IMG/VR virus record: IMGVR_UViG_3300044878_000127
Span: 1-61,683 of that record
DNA: 61,683 bases
Source: a virus
Lineage: Duplodnaviria; Caudoviricetes
Reading direction: 5' to 3' (one strand)
In this document: piece by piece, positions 16,801 through 22,492 of the stretch
Numbering within the stretch: position 1 is the first letter of the stretch
Layout: each line of letters starts with the position of its first letter
Position numbers and translations under genes: made by a program
The notes under the pieces: model-generated
What the model was told of the DNA's origin: nothing
What the model saw: only the letters and a program-made list of their open reading frames with translations
Database searches by the model: none

Positions 16801-18653
16801 TGCTGAATTTCCACCACCTGCTGCAAGCCAGTTTGCGCAATCAGGCTGCCGCGATGGCGATGACCAACGCCGAGCAGCTGAGCATTGCCGACAAGACCAC
16901 CGAAGCGCGCCGGGACAAGAATAACAGCACCTTCGTCATGGTTGACGGGGAAAAGCAGTGGTACAACGTGAGCGACCCGCTGACCTTCAAGGCCGTGACG
17001 GCGCTGTCGGATACCGGTATGAACAACGTAGCTATGCGGGTGATGCGTGGCTTCAAGCGCTTCTTCACCAACATGACCACCATCACCCCGCAATTTGTGG
17101 TGGCGAACGCCATCCGCGACACGCTGTCGGCCATGGCCACGTCGCCGACGAGCGCGATCCCACTGAAGACCGCGTTCAAGGGCGCGCTGACCTACGGCAA
17201 CAACCACCAGCGGGCGCGGATGATGGCCAGCGGCGGGGCGTTCTCCTTCGGCCACGTCTATGGCCAGGGCGCGCACGAAATGAAGGTCGCCATCACCGGC
17301 ACCATGCGCAGTGCGCAAGTGCTGCGCGATCCGAAGTTGATCCCGAACATCTTGCTGAATGCCTGGCGCAAGTATCACGACGTGACCGACTTCGCCGAAA
17401 ACATGAACCGCGCCGGCATTTGGGAGCACAACAAGGGCAAGGGCAAACTCAAGGCCGCTTTCGAGGCGCGCGACCTGATGGACTTCAGCGCACACGGTGA
17501 TGCGGCGGCGATTCGCTTCCTGATCGACGTGGTGCCGTTCCTCAATGCGCGCATCCAGGGCTTGGACAAGCTCTATCGCACGGGCGTCAAGCCAAGCCTG
17601 AAAACCTTGTTCGGCAAGGGCAGCAAGTCGGATAAGCAGGCCTTTGCCCGCTTCGCCGCGGTGATTGGCGCACTGACCGCATTCAGCGTGATGCTCTACC
17701 TGCGCAACAAGGACGATGAAGACTATCGCAAGCTGGAAGACTGGCAGCGCGACACCTATTGGGTGATCAAGGTCGGCGGTAACATGTTCTTTATTCCGAA
17801 GCCGTTCGAGGTGGGCTCGATTGCCACCATGGGCGAGCGCCTGATGGAGCAGTTTGTTGATCCGACGGTGGGCGGCGACAAGCTGGCAGACCGCGCGCTG
17901 CACATGCTGAAAGATACCTTCTCGATGAACCCGATGCCGCAGGCGTTCAAGCCTATTCAGGAGCTGAGCTCTAACGAAAACAGCTTTACCGGCCGGCCGA
18001 TTGAAGATCAGTCGATGGCACGCCTTAGCCCAAGCCTGCGTGCGCGCCCGGAAACCACGCGACTGGCGGAAGCATCGAGCCGCGGCATCGAGAGTGCGCT
18101 GGAACTGGTGGGCGCCGGCAACTCGGCATTGAGCCCGGTGCAGATTGACCACCTGATCCAGGGTTACTTGGGTGCGGTGGGCACGACGGCGATCGGCACG
18201 GCGGACACCCTGTGGCGTCGCGCGCAGGGCGAAGAGTTGCCGGCCCGCAGCTGGGATGAATACCAGCCGGTGAAGCGCTTCTACAAGGACTTGACCAAAG
18301 AGGACAACTACACGCGGTACGGGACCGACTTCTACACCGCGCTGAAGAAGTCCGACCAGGCCTATGCAGACCTGCAACACCTGGCCAAGTACGGCGAGGA
18401 AGAGAAGGCCGTGGCGCTGGAAGAGAAGAAGGGTGATGTGTTGGCGCTGCGCACCACCTTGAACAAGGTCAACCGGGATATGTCGCGGATCAATGCGGAA
18501 ATGAAACGTGTGCAGGTCGATAAAGAAATGGACGGCAAAACCAAACGGCTGGAACTGGACCAACTGCGCTCGATGCGCAACCTGATGACCGAGGAAATCG
18601 GCAAGGACTTGGAGCAGATGAAGATGTCTAAGCGGGCTTCCGCGCCACAATAA
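7845..18653 (+). CDS. Giant DarB-like polyvalent virion protein (lytic transglycosylase, ParB-like, SF2 helicase, N6-adenine MTase, zincin-like peptidase, LPD38-like)
   Basis: 3602-aa open frame; QESRYNPNAV (SLT), LDGHHQW (ParB/Srx), GTGTGKT and DEAH, VLEPSAGHG and NPPY, LLHEMFH, C-terminal IPKPFE. Confidence 0.9.
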   Translation: MAENRFLQSPFTQASPATDAPSTPPLPEFKALPARNASSGPLTSSAATVLSKGLLPPPDLQPLFEKYSAEYGVPLNVLSALAQQESRYNPNAVGEQTKWGKAKGMLQNLDANAKSLGIDPFDAEQSIAGAARQMRERMDKGYSMEDVVKAHFGGDNREQWGEKTKAYGQEVLAKSSIIGSELMAGKKAAAPAAQGTDLSAIQAEMDAKEPGRYKVIDPADIAERDQQRASIASGKDALKNAQAETGAYEAPSPLTLQNQQAVEDKVNSASAPSPLTPTNQSLVQKGMAPVDTRPEDGFVDATGKQLKNFGPHMKDAVAGLVRMGSESIDNATLVGNAGSTGIIERMQDNGDIIMVQNERGQMTPTLRDGKPADEANLAAYIRKNAGDLMSADEAGALIGMKPRAVTEWAQKTAKQAKLDTIEVRPDGPLAKYGSMIIGSTAEMIPALAASAITRNPGVGMSLIGGQVTGQSYNKGRAGGLNAQDAGNYALAQGMAEAIPEALPIHVILQPGQNFFKGLLKGGAAESVQEGVTQIIQDGLDKGSIDPNMTWAQARQNLADAMIVGAGAGVALKAGVHGIQKGVDTLSRNRETDAAAAAQEQAAQPEFAPTGETQQTQAPEADLTAENPAPAPTGAEPAPAAPVDGPLTRAAQKFVAPEPEVTPTAEAPGEPVTVRSSDGEMVGTLQDYQDLGQGKWSARVLADDGNAYDFTQDDGVQLDRGEQPSPAAPSIPTTGKVGKIPTLTDVVKPGVEIQTLTEEVPTLTDVVEPAPAPDYSSMDVPQLRTELKVIATAIKADPKNKALTKQRSTIEKAIKANVENAISKPAVAELVGDKIDKEWSRFADDSGSLNIPRADMPQIKAEHRGALANFLSARGVKSTHEEVPAASLKPTQMEFSPAKVKKAMEFTGGDRSILVSKDGHVLDGHHQWLSKLSGNDPVKIIRLDAPISDLISLAKEFPSSTVASGGSLNASPSVNLKNENAPTPKNDTNSDLLNVDGNQEALQQSKGNGVQQVRRSGSDGLPAVDAQLRDIPVGRRGATEPEAHARQNERKPGLRAGERSVGDEGRAGAQPKQQRESDIQGQNTGGEGLGRGGRIESTDAVRSPEEGLDGGARSDRAAGHKEAAKPLSPQQKAKARAEAKREAARERMGGIKEGDQFIPSVDVGYITGGETYTVDSIDSSGNVYVKRSGTNSGTHLSHADFNVAEHKGVTFTKVEAPTPAMETPAAPAETAKELVKAAEYGASNKLVSTDRAAELRAKLKAKLNGSQLNSGIDPEILAMGTELAVFHIEAGVRKFAEFAKTMAEDLGQPLEKIRPYLRSWYNGSRDMIEDAGHSIAGMDSADTVRAELVKLDQAPATTEKSSAVQPPAEAPQALAVGVYSHKQHPEVTATVSSTDKGYAIEWAPDDVQEFKGKHAVAKAQAALSREGYTLNEDSDAASTSQRVEPDRADATPAKPVDERTVPDESGAARRGTGEPGASDVEVRADGQRDQRVPTDGAATGRESGDQRVHQPDGAFRPTVSTAGGAEPVRGDSDRNAGEPVERERAEHIVESAPSTDAIEFSERLAAQKKAAGTKTVRGDKANIDAALPLLLEPQRDDVLKAEQRFAVGNGMLLTNGTGTGKTASGMGVIVRSINAGKPNALVIVPSDKIASDWVKFAKMLGVELKMLESTSDNGGTGPVITTYANFGANDSLAQRDWDQFVADEAHYLSSNEAGEGTGALARLQALSGHHDGFYQWVRQRNAKEWGAYKAAMNASRDAAVPDSGFTQTQKDQLAEAEGKQRDLWEAIEKPAKKAWQERWAKQQDLPKTLFLSATPFAYVKSVDYAEGYLFDYVAPAERYSNRRETEGAAYNSGDAREKFFMQHFGYRMRYNKLTAPEAGVDSELMEQNFNQHLKDIGALSGRRLEVPYDYDRKFVMVDDAVGQKIDQGLAFLREHADGKYRKVYDAVMATFDYQRRMYLLESIKARAVVPMINEHLKLGRKVVVFHDYNKGGGFDPFASGLASITEPDVRALAREAFAARPDIFKKMDLKGLFSPIDTLSAAFPDALFFNGTVPKAKRRANADTFNDDNSGKDLIVLQSDAGREGVSLHDTSGKHMRVLINLGMPGKPVAAIQIEGRTYRTGQASDAAFRYLTTGTAWEASAFASKIAERASTAENLALGTDARGLKQSFIDAYNGAEDLAPSADDGKGGKAIDRELAATATLSPFNKAKAYYFAQQKNSKRRDQREGVDYFATPEPVGFKMAEWANIQKGDDVLEPSAGHGAIARFFPPQTNVTMVEPSYDLSQRAALANGQARIINDTFESLHLTNKYDAIVMNPPYGNGGKTAIEHVAKAAKHLREGGRIVALIPRGGLTDKRLAAFLESEEAQDLHRVATFTMPASTFERAGTSVNTQVIVLEKHSNPDDAQNIHARTINLDNAQSTGELFDRIEHLDLPDRMPSSKPEVKPVMIEHVTGKGKTLTGIVRTDLTKDEAKEIDPYTFPKNGGFFIRSKYLGDGNRLSVAAPTGDPASHQEVRDAITQGPFGTVVKKLIDSGNIVVHGNVQSLPDGVTPVTGMQAVTTPDGKVHLVAANLTPGNANGVLLHEMFHSGGETLVGSKRWAGLMSRLDGLQRQAEQSTGKARAVFDRARERVQQAQAQGAVAESMSAEEFGAYAIEEYEQLPKAFRSWVDDLVGAIKHWLFSRYGKQLGQVTPAQLRAMAKDALISMALAKRGELFGPAGTMFSVRPSKVFKDLTDKQKSFLDKIGPEKLPQVLADRWRQLTDNLGLRIRQAGVDRYASLLRNDKALYGAETLEGSIADSSWVLARMSPAAGGAVHALLNNGRIYRDADQKVIDIRDGTTGLGATLRKLGSPAEIDRFMGWIAANRSKRLLGEGRENLFTPDEIEAGIKLSAGKLLDGKPRGILYQQAWKEFQQHRDDVLGIAEATGIITPEQRATWSDEFYVPFYRVIDSDNLGGPKSGGGGLSRQQAFKKLKGGRQHLNDLLENTLLNFHHLLQASLRNQAAAMAMTNAEQLSIADKTTEARRDKNNSTFVMVDGEKQWYNVSDPLTFKAVTALSDTGMNNVAMRVMRGFKRFFTNMTTITPQFVVANAIRDTLSAMATSPTSAIPLKTAFKGALTYGNNHQRARMMASGGAFSFGHVYGQGAHEMKVAITGTMRSAQVLRDPKLIPNILLNAWRKYHDVTDFAENMNRAGIWEHNKGKGKLKAAFEARDLMDFSAHGDAAAIRFLIDVVPFLNARIQGLDKLYRTGVKPSLKTLFGKGSKSDKQAFARFAAVIGALTAFSVMLYLRNKDDEDYRKLEDWQRDTYWVIKVGGNMFFIPKPFEVGSIATMGERLMEQFVDPTVGGDKLADRALHMLKDTFSMNPMPQAFKPIQELSSNENSFTGRPIEDQSMARLSPSLRARPETTRLAEASSRGIESALELVGAGNSALSPVQIDHLIQGYLGAVGTTAIGTADTLWRRAQGEELPARSWDEYQPVKRFYKDLTKEDNYTRYGTDFYTALKKSDQAYADLQHLAKYGEEEKAVALEEKKGDVLALRTTLNKVNRDMSRINAEMKRVQVDKEMDGKTKRLELDQLRSMRNLMTEEIGKDLEQMKMSKRASAPQ
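10774..11223 (+). CDS. HNH-type phage endonuclease nested in the +1 frame of the giant gene
   Basis: TYSTWTAIKKRC...YNRYGGAGVTVCQQW...F..DVGERP...TLDRMN...YEPGNVRWAT..EQARN, plus a C-terminal DNA-binding module (WAAEVGL...LYARLKKGW). Confidence 0.88.
   Translation: MRTHLHRRTTPTPTYSTWTAIKKRCSNPKATGYNRYGGAGVTVCQQWMHSYETFLSDVGERPSLKHTLDRMNGSLGYEPGNVRWATKGEQARNRSSNVNLTFKGRTQVAKDWAAEVGLNPPTLYARLKKGWTVERALTEPQATRKPRNR
12145..12534 (+). CDS. 129-aa hypothetical protein nested in the +1 frame of the giant gene
   Basis: GAGGA RBS 5 nt before the ATG; third-position G/C bias is in this frame; globular helical composition. Confidence 0.72.
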   Translation: MQQVPASVWNQIAQTQPLQNPSMKELFLMNQAQLDEALASQAQAMSKFGQTDSVINAYQLMAPLLAENQAISAYINQTGHSDLRSALPEVLNPSEATAIATQENPLSASEQNTLLNLLRPLMPSSSVNV

Positions 18654-18852
18654 ACAACATGAACAGCACCAGCACCGGGAACAGGACAACCGGTGCTTTG
18701 ATGGCGCAGACAACCAGGATACCGAGCGGCAACCAGCCGAAGACGATCAGCAGAAAACCGCCAAGGCTTTGCCAGTGCGGCGGCACCTGCGTGTAGATGA
18801 ACAGACCGATGACGGTGGCAAGGATGCCAAGGCCGGAAAAATCGGAAAGCAT
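18628..18852 (-). CDS. Small multi-pass membrane protein, convergent with the giant gene
   Basis: 74 aa, almost wholly hydrophobic; GGAG RBS; own extended -10. Confidence 0.7.
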   Translation of the reverse strand: MLSDFSGLGILATVIGLFIYTQVPPHWQSLGGFLLIVFGWLPLGILVVCAIKAPVVLFPVLVLFMLFIVARKPA

Positions 18853-18881
18853 AAGGTCGTGCTCCGGTGGAAAGTGCTGAT

Positions 18882-18890
18882 ATGATAGCA
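18882..18890 (-). promoter_or_regulatory. Extended -10 (TGcTATCAT) for the membrane protein gene
   Basis: Consensus match about 30 nt upstream of the ATG. Confidence 0.45.
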
Positions 18891-18920
18891 CCGCCGAATG
18901 GTGTTGCCCCCGGGTATCAT

Positions 18921-19040
18921 CAGGAACGACTTGGGAACTGGCGCGTGATCCGGCCCCGGGTCGTCCATGCAGATGACGGCGCATCTGAATGGGCCTCTGA
19001 ACAGTGATGGCCGCCACTGAATTGCGCTTAGCGGCTGATG
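18921..19040 (+). ncRNA. Candidate multi-hairpin sRNA or leader upstream of the lysis cassette
   Basis: Follows TATCAT at 18915-18920; three clear stem-loops; no credible ORF. Confidence 0.4.
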
Positions 19041-19173
19041 TACCCCCTCCTAAATACCCCCTTCCCCCTGCTTTCCGTCTGGCAAACCGCCATTACGTCG
19101 CCCATTGGTTCCGTAACAGCACCAGAGAGACTATTATCTGACCATATTTAAATTGACTGGCCAGGGGCGCCGC

Positions 19174-19554
19174 ATGATTGAAGAGCTGAAACAGGCCGTT
19201 GAGGCGACCAAAGACCCGACGACTTACCCGGTGATGACGTATGCCTGGGTGGTGTTGATCGCGGCATGGGGCGGCCTGGTGCGCTTTCTGAATTCACGGC
19301 GAGAGCGAAAGGAAACGCTCGGCGAATCCCTTGGCACCCTGGCTATTGGTCTGATCACTTCAGTTTTCGTGGGCGTCCTCACGTTTTACGCCTGTGAAAT
19401 CGCCAATTTCGAAAAACTGACAACCGCCATTTGCGTGGCAATCACCGGGCACTTGGGCGCGCAGGCCATGCAGCTGTTCGAGAAGGCGATGATCAGTCGC
19501 TTGAAAGCCTTGTTTAAAGTAATTTTTGGCGCCGACTCGGTAGATACCCAATGA
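19174..19554 (+). CDS. Holin (LydA-like)
   Basis: KDPTTY..TYAWVVLIAAWGGLVRF motif, TM segments, overlaps the endolysin start. Confidence 0.8.
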   Translation: MIEELKQAVEATKDPTTYPVMTYAWVVLIAAWGGLVRFLNSRRERKETLGESLGTLAIGLITSVFVGVLTFYACEIANFEKLTTAICVAITGHLGAQAMQLFEKAMISRLKALFKVIFGADSVDTQ

Positions 19555-20138
19555 AAACCCCGCTGACCCTGGCCGATTTTGAACTGGCCGCTGCCACCCT
19601 GCGCGTTCCAGTCGCGGCCATTCGTGCCTTTGCTGAAGTCGAGTCGCGCGGCGCCGGCTTTCTGCCCGATGACCGTCCGGTGATCCTCTTCGAGCGCCAC
19701 GTTTTCCGCCGCCAGCTGCTGGCCAACAAGGTCGCGCCCGGGATCGTGGCCAACCTGGCGAAGACCCGGCCGGACCTGTGCAATGAAAAAGCAGGCGGTT
19801 ATGGCGCCGGCTCGAAGGAATGGCAGCGCCTGGACGACGCGGTACAGATCAATCGCCAGTCCGCCCTGGAGTCCGCATCGTGGGGTGCGTTCCAGGTGAT
19901 GGGCTTTAACTGGAAGCGATGCGGTTATGCCAGCGTGCAGGACTTCGTCAACGCCATGTTCAAGAGTTCGGCGGCGCACCTCGACAGTTTTGTGCGTTAC
20001 ATCCAGTCCGACGCCAACCTGCTCAAGGCTTTGCGTGCGCAGGACTGGGCGATGTGCGCGCGCCTGTACAACGGCCCCAACTACCTGATCAACAAGTACG
20101 ACACCAAACTCGCCGAGGCCTTTGCCCGGTACAGCTGA
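19551..20138 (+). CDS. Endolysin, N-acetylmuramidase (DUF3380 family)
   Basis: VESRGAGF...PVILFERHVF...SASWGAFQVMGFN...YNGP. Confidence 0.92.
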   Translation: MKTPLTLADFELAAATLRVPVAAIRAFAEVESRGAGFLPDDRPVILFERHVFRRQLLANKVAPGIVANLAKTRPDLCNEKAGGYGAGSKEWQRLDDAVQINRQSALESASWGAFQVMGFNWKRCGYASVQDFVNAMFKSSAAHLDSFVRYIQSDANLLKALRAQDWAMCARLYNGPNYLINKYDTKLAEAFARYS

Positions 20139-20150
20139 GGGGATTGCAAC

Positions 20151-20693
20151 ATGGCGGACTGGCAAAAGATGCTGAGCACGGTGGCTCCGTGGATCGGTGC
20201 AGCGGCTACCGGTGGCATGCCGGCACTGGTGGGCATGGCGGCCGTGCAGGTTGGCCAGGCCTTCGGCACGGACGTCAAGGCGACCACCGACGCCATCGCG
20301 CAGGCTGTGAGTGGTGCGTCGCCCGACCAGCTGTTGGCGCTGAAGACCGCCGACAACGACTTTGCCAGAAAGATGCAGGCGCTTGGCTTCCAGAACGCGC
20401 AAGCCCTGGAGCAGATCGCCGCGGGCGACCGGGACAGCGCGCGCAAGATGCACATGGCGGTGAATGACCTGTCCACGCCGATTCTGAGCTACATGATCTT
20501 TATCGCGTTCTTCTCAGTGCTGTTCCTGATCCTCTCTCAAAACATCGACGTCCCGGCCTCGATGCGTGACGTGGTGATGATGATGATCGGTTGTTTGACC
20601 GCGGCCTTCACGCAGGTGCTGAACTTCCGGTTTGGTACGTCAGCGGGCAGCAAGGACAAAACCGAAATGCTGAACAAAATGGTGCGGCCGTGA
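20151..20693 (+). CDS. Second holin-like membrane protein (3TM/GTA-holin-like)
   Basis: DRDSARKM motif followed by two TM helices and FRFGTSAGS. Confidence 0.6.
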   Translation: MADWQKMLSTVAPWIGAAATGGMPALVGMAAVQVGQAFGTDVKATTDAIAQAVSGASPDQLLALKTADNDFARKMQALGFQNAQALEQIAAGDRDSARKMHMAVNDLSTPILSYMIFIAFFSVLFLILSQNIDVPASMRDVVMMMIGCLTAAFTQVLNFRFGTSAGSKDKTEMLNKMVRP

Positions 20694-21157
20694 GTGATTT
20701 CACGGCGTTCTCCGCACCGCTGCTGATCCAGTACGACAAGGATGCCAGCCAAGCATTGGGCGCCGACCACTGGCGCGTCGCCCGAGAGTTCAAGTATTTC
20801 ATCGGCAGCGAGAATTCAAAGCGCTGGATCACCGTGCCGGCCGGGTACTTGACCGACGGCGCCAGCGTGCCGCGCGCATTGTGGTCGATCATTCCGCCAT
20901 GGGGCGCCTACGGCCAGGCTGCCGTCGTGCACGACATCCTGTGCGAATACCTGTCGATCATGGTCAGCGGCAAGCTGACGCCCATCACGCGGGAACGGGC
21001 CGACGAAATCTTTGCTGAAGCCATGGCGGTGCTACAGGTGCCGCCGCGCGACATTGCCCTGATCAGTGAGGGCGTGAAGCTCTATCGCCTTGCCAGCGGC
21101 GTCAGCGCCCCATCAACGCGCCTGGAAAAGCGTTTGCTTGAGGCGAATTGGGCGTGA
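20690..21157 (+). CDS. DUF1353-family protein
   Basis: ITVPAGYLTDGASVPRALW...AAVVHDILC...READEIF-like motif (RERADEIF). Confidence 0.85.
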   Translation: MSDFTAFSAPLLIQYDKDASQALGADHWRVAREFKYFIGSENSKRWITVPAGYLTDGASVPRALWSIIPPWGAYGQAAVVHDILCEYLSIMVSGKLTPITRERADEIFAEAMAVLQVPPRDIALISEGVKLYRLASGVSAPSTRLEKRLLEANWA

Positions 21158-21699
21158 GTGGTTTCCTCGATTACCGCGCCTATCCCGAACTGGTTCCGCT
21201 GGTGGCCGGCTTGCGCACGCAGTGGCAGACGCTGCGCACGGAAGCGCTCGCCGAGTTGGGCGCGTTCATCGACAGCCCGGAAGTGGCGATTCAAAACCCT
21301 GACGACATCCGCCTGTTCATCTTGCCACTGAAGTGGCAAGGGCAAACGGTGAATGCCGGGCACGGCCTGCCCTACGGTGCGGAAAAACTCGAGTTTTTTC
21401 CGGTGACTGCCAAAGCGATCGCCAACCCACTGGTGGTGTCGGCGATGTTCTCGCTGTCAGTGCCTGGCTGTGAGCTGATCCCGCATATCGACAATGAGGA
21501 ATGGATCGGCCCGGTGTGGCGGATTCATATCGGGCTCGATTGCCCGGACGGCTGCGGGCTGATGGTTGACGGCCAGGAACAGGCGTGGCGTGATGGTGAA
21601 GCGCTGATGTTCGACAGTGCGCGGGTGCAGCACTCGGCGTGGAACCGAGGCACTGCCCCGCGCTTGATCCTTATTGTGGACGTGGCGCGTCTTCCGTAG
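21154..21699 (+). CDS. Aspartyl/asparaginyl beta-hydroxylase-family Fe(II)/2OG dioxygenase
   Basis: LIPHID (HxD), RIHIGL, WRDGEALMFD, HSAWN, RLILIVD. Confidence 0.85.
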   Translation: MSGFLDYRAYPELVPLVAGLRTQWQTLRTEALAELGAFIDSPEVAIQNPDDIRLFILPLKWQGQTVNAGHGLPYGAEKLEFFPVTAKAIANPLVVSAMFSLSVPGCELIPHIDNEEWIGPVWRIHIGLDCPDGCGLMVDGQEQAWRDGEALMFDSARVQHSAWNRGTAPRLILIVDVARLP

Positions 21700-22159
21700 C
21701 AGCGCACGGACCTGAATGCCCGGCCCGGCGCGTGCAGGTCCAACCGGCTGGCGGCAAGAGGCATACGTGCGGCGTGGCGATACTGGAAAAGAACGCCTCT
21801 TGCGCCGCAACCCATAGCTCGCCATTCATCTGTACGGCCGCGAACCACTTGCCATCCTTGAATAGCATGTACTGGTTTGCTTCGCCTTGCGCCTCCCAGG
21901 TTAGGTCAGGCAGACAGTCGGGACATGGCGCCTCACCCTGCTCGAACGACTCCGGCGTCTGCCCGGTCGTATAACCGATGACGCCATGATCTTCGCAAGT
22001 GGTGCAGCGCGGCGGCCTTACCGGGTTGTTCGTGAAGTACGATTGCACTGCCGTGCGCATCTGCGTGAATATGGAGTGCGGTCCCAGTACATTGCCCATG
22101 ATGTCGCGTTCTATCTCGTCGAAGCGGTCGCGCAGCTCTTGCGGGATTGGATGTGTCAT
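21671..22159 (-). CDS. Hypothetical protein with CxxC motifs
   Basis: GAGGTGA RBS; ends in PPAGWTCTR..GHSGPCAA. Confidence 0.7.
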   Translation of the reverse strand: MTHPIPQELRDRFDEIERDIMGNVLGPHSIFTQMRTAVQSYFTNNPVRPPRCTTCEDHGVIGYTTGQTPESFEQGEAPCPDCLPDLTWEAQGEANQYMLFKDGKWFAAVQMNGELWVAAQEAFFSSIATPHVCLLPPAGWTCTRRAGHSGPCAATEDAPRPQ

Positions 22160-22173
22160 AGATCACCTCTGAT

Positions 22174-22311
22174 TTAGAAAACTTCGATTTCACCGCGCGG
22201 CCAGATCAGCCTAGCCCCATACAGCGCCTCGGCATAGCTGATGCTTTCACCGCTGCCCATTTGGAACACGGCGTAGCCTGGCACCTTCACGAACCATGAT
22301 TTCTTTTTCAT
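22174..22311 (-). CDS. Hypothetical protein (45 aa)
   Basis: MKKKSWFVKVPG...; ATGA coupling to the upstream gene. Confidence 0.6.
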   Translation of the reverse strand: MKKKSWFVKVPGYAVFQMGSGESISYAEALYGARLIWPRGEIEVF

Positions 22312-22484
22312 GGTGCGCGGGTGTCGCGGCTGCTGCTGTGCAATGGCTTCTGCCCTGGCTTCAACTCCCAAGGCCAAACCTCGGCGCACTTGCCATTGGT
22401 ACACCAGCGCTGAAACTGTGAAGCAATGTCGCTCAGAGGCTCATTGCAAAACGGGCACGGCTTACCTTGTGGGGCTTCAAACAT
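22308..22484 (-). CDS. Small zinc-ribbon protein (58 aa, not in the ORF track)
   Basis: MFEAPQGKPCPFC...WCTNGKC; AGGA RBS; fills the operon gap. Confidence 0.6.
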   Translation of the reverse strand: MFEAPQGKPCPFCNEPLSDIASQFQRWCTNGKCAEVWPWELKPGQKPLHSSSRDTRAP

Positions 22485-22492
22485 GATGAGTC

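Noticed and set aside
13108-17500. Other same-strand alternative-frame ORFs in the giant gene (13108, 13190, 15872, 16315, 16958)
   Set aside because: R/P/S/A/G-rich shadow composition, and codon bias stays in the host frame, unlike the two accepted nested genes.
12792-18713. Very long minus-strand ORFs (1026 aa, 858 aa), and similar ones at 8358-10430 and 56538-57827
   Set aside because: Codon-register antisense shadows of GC3-rich genes, with no motifs or RBS.
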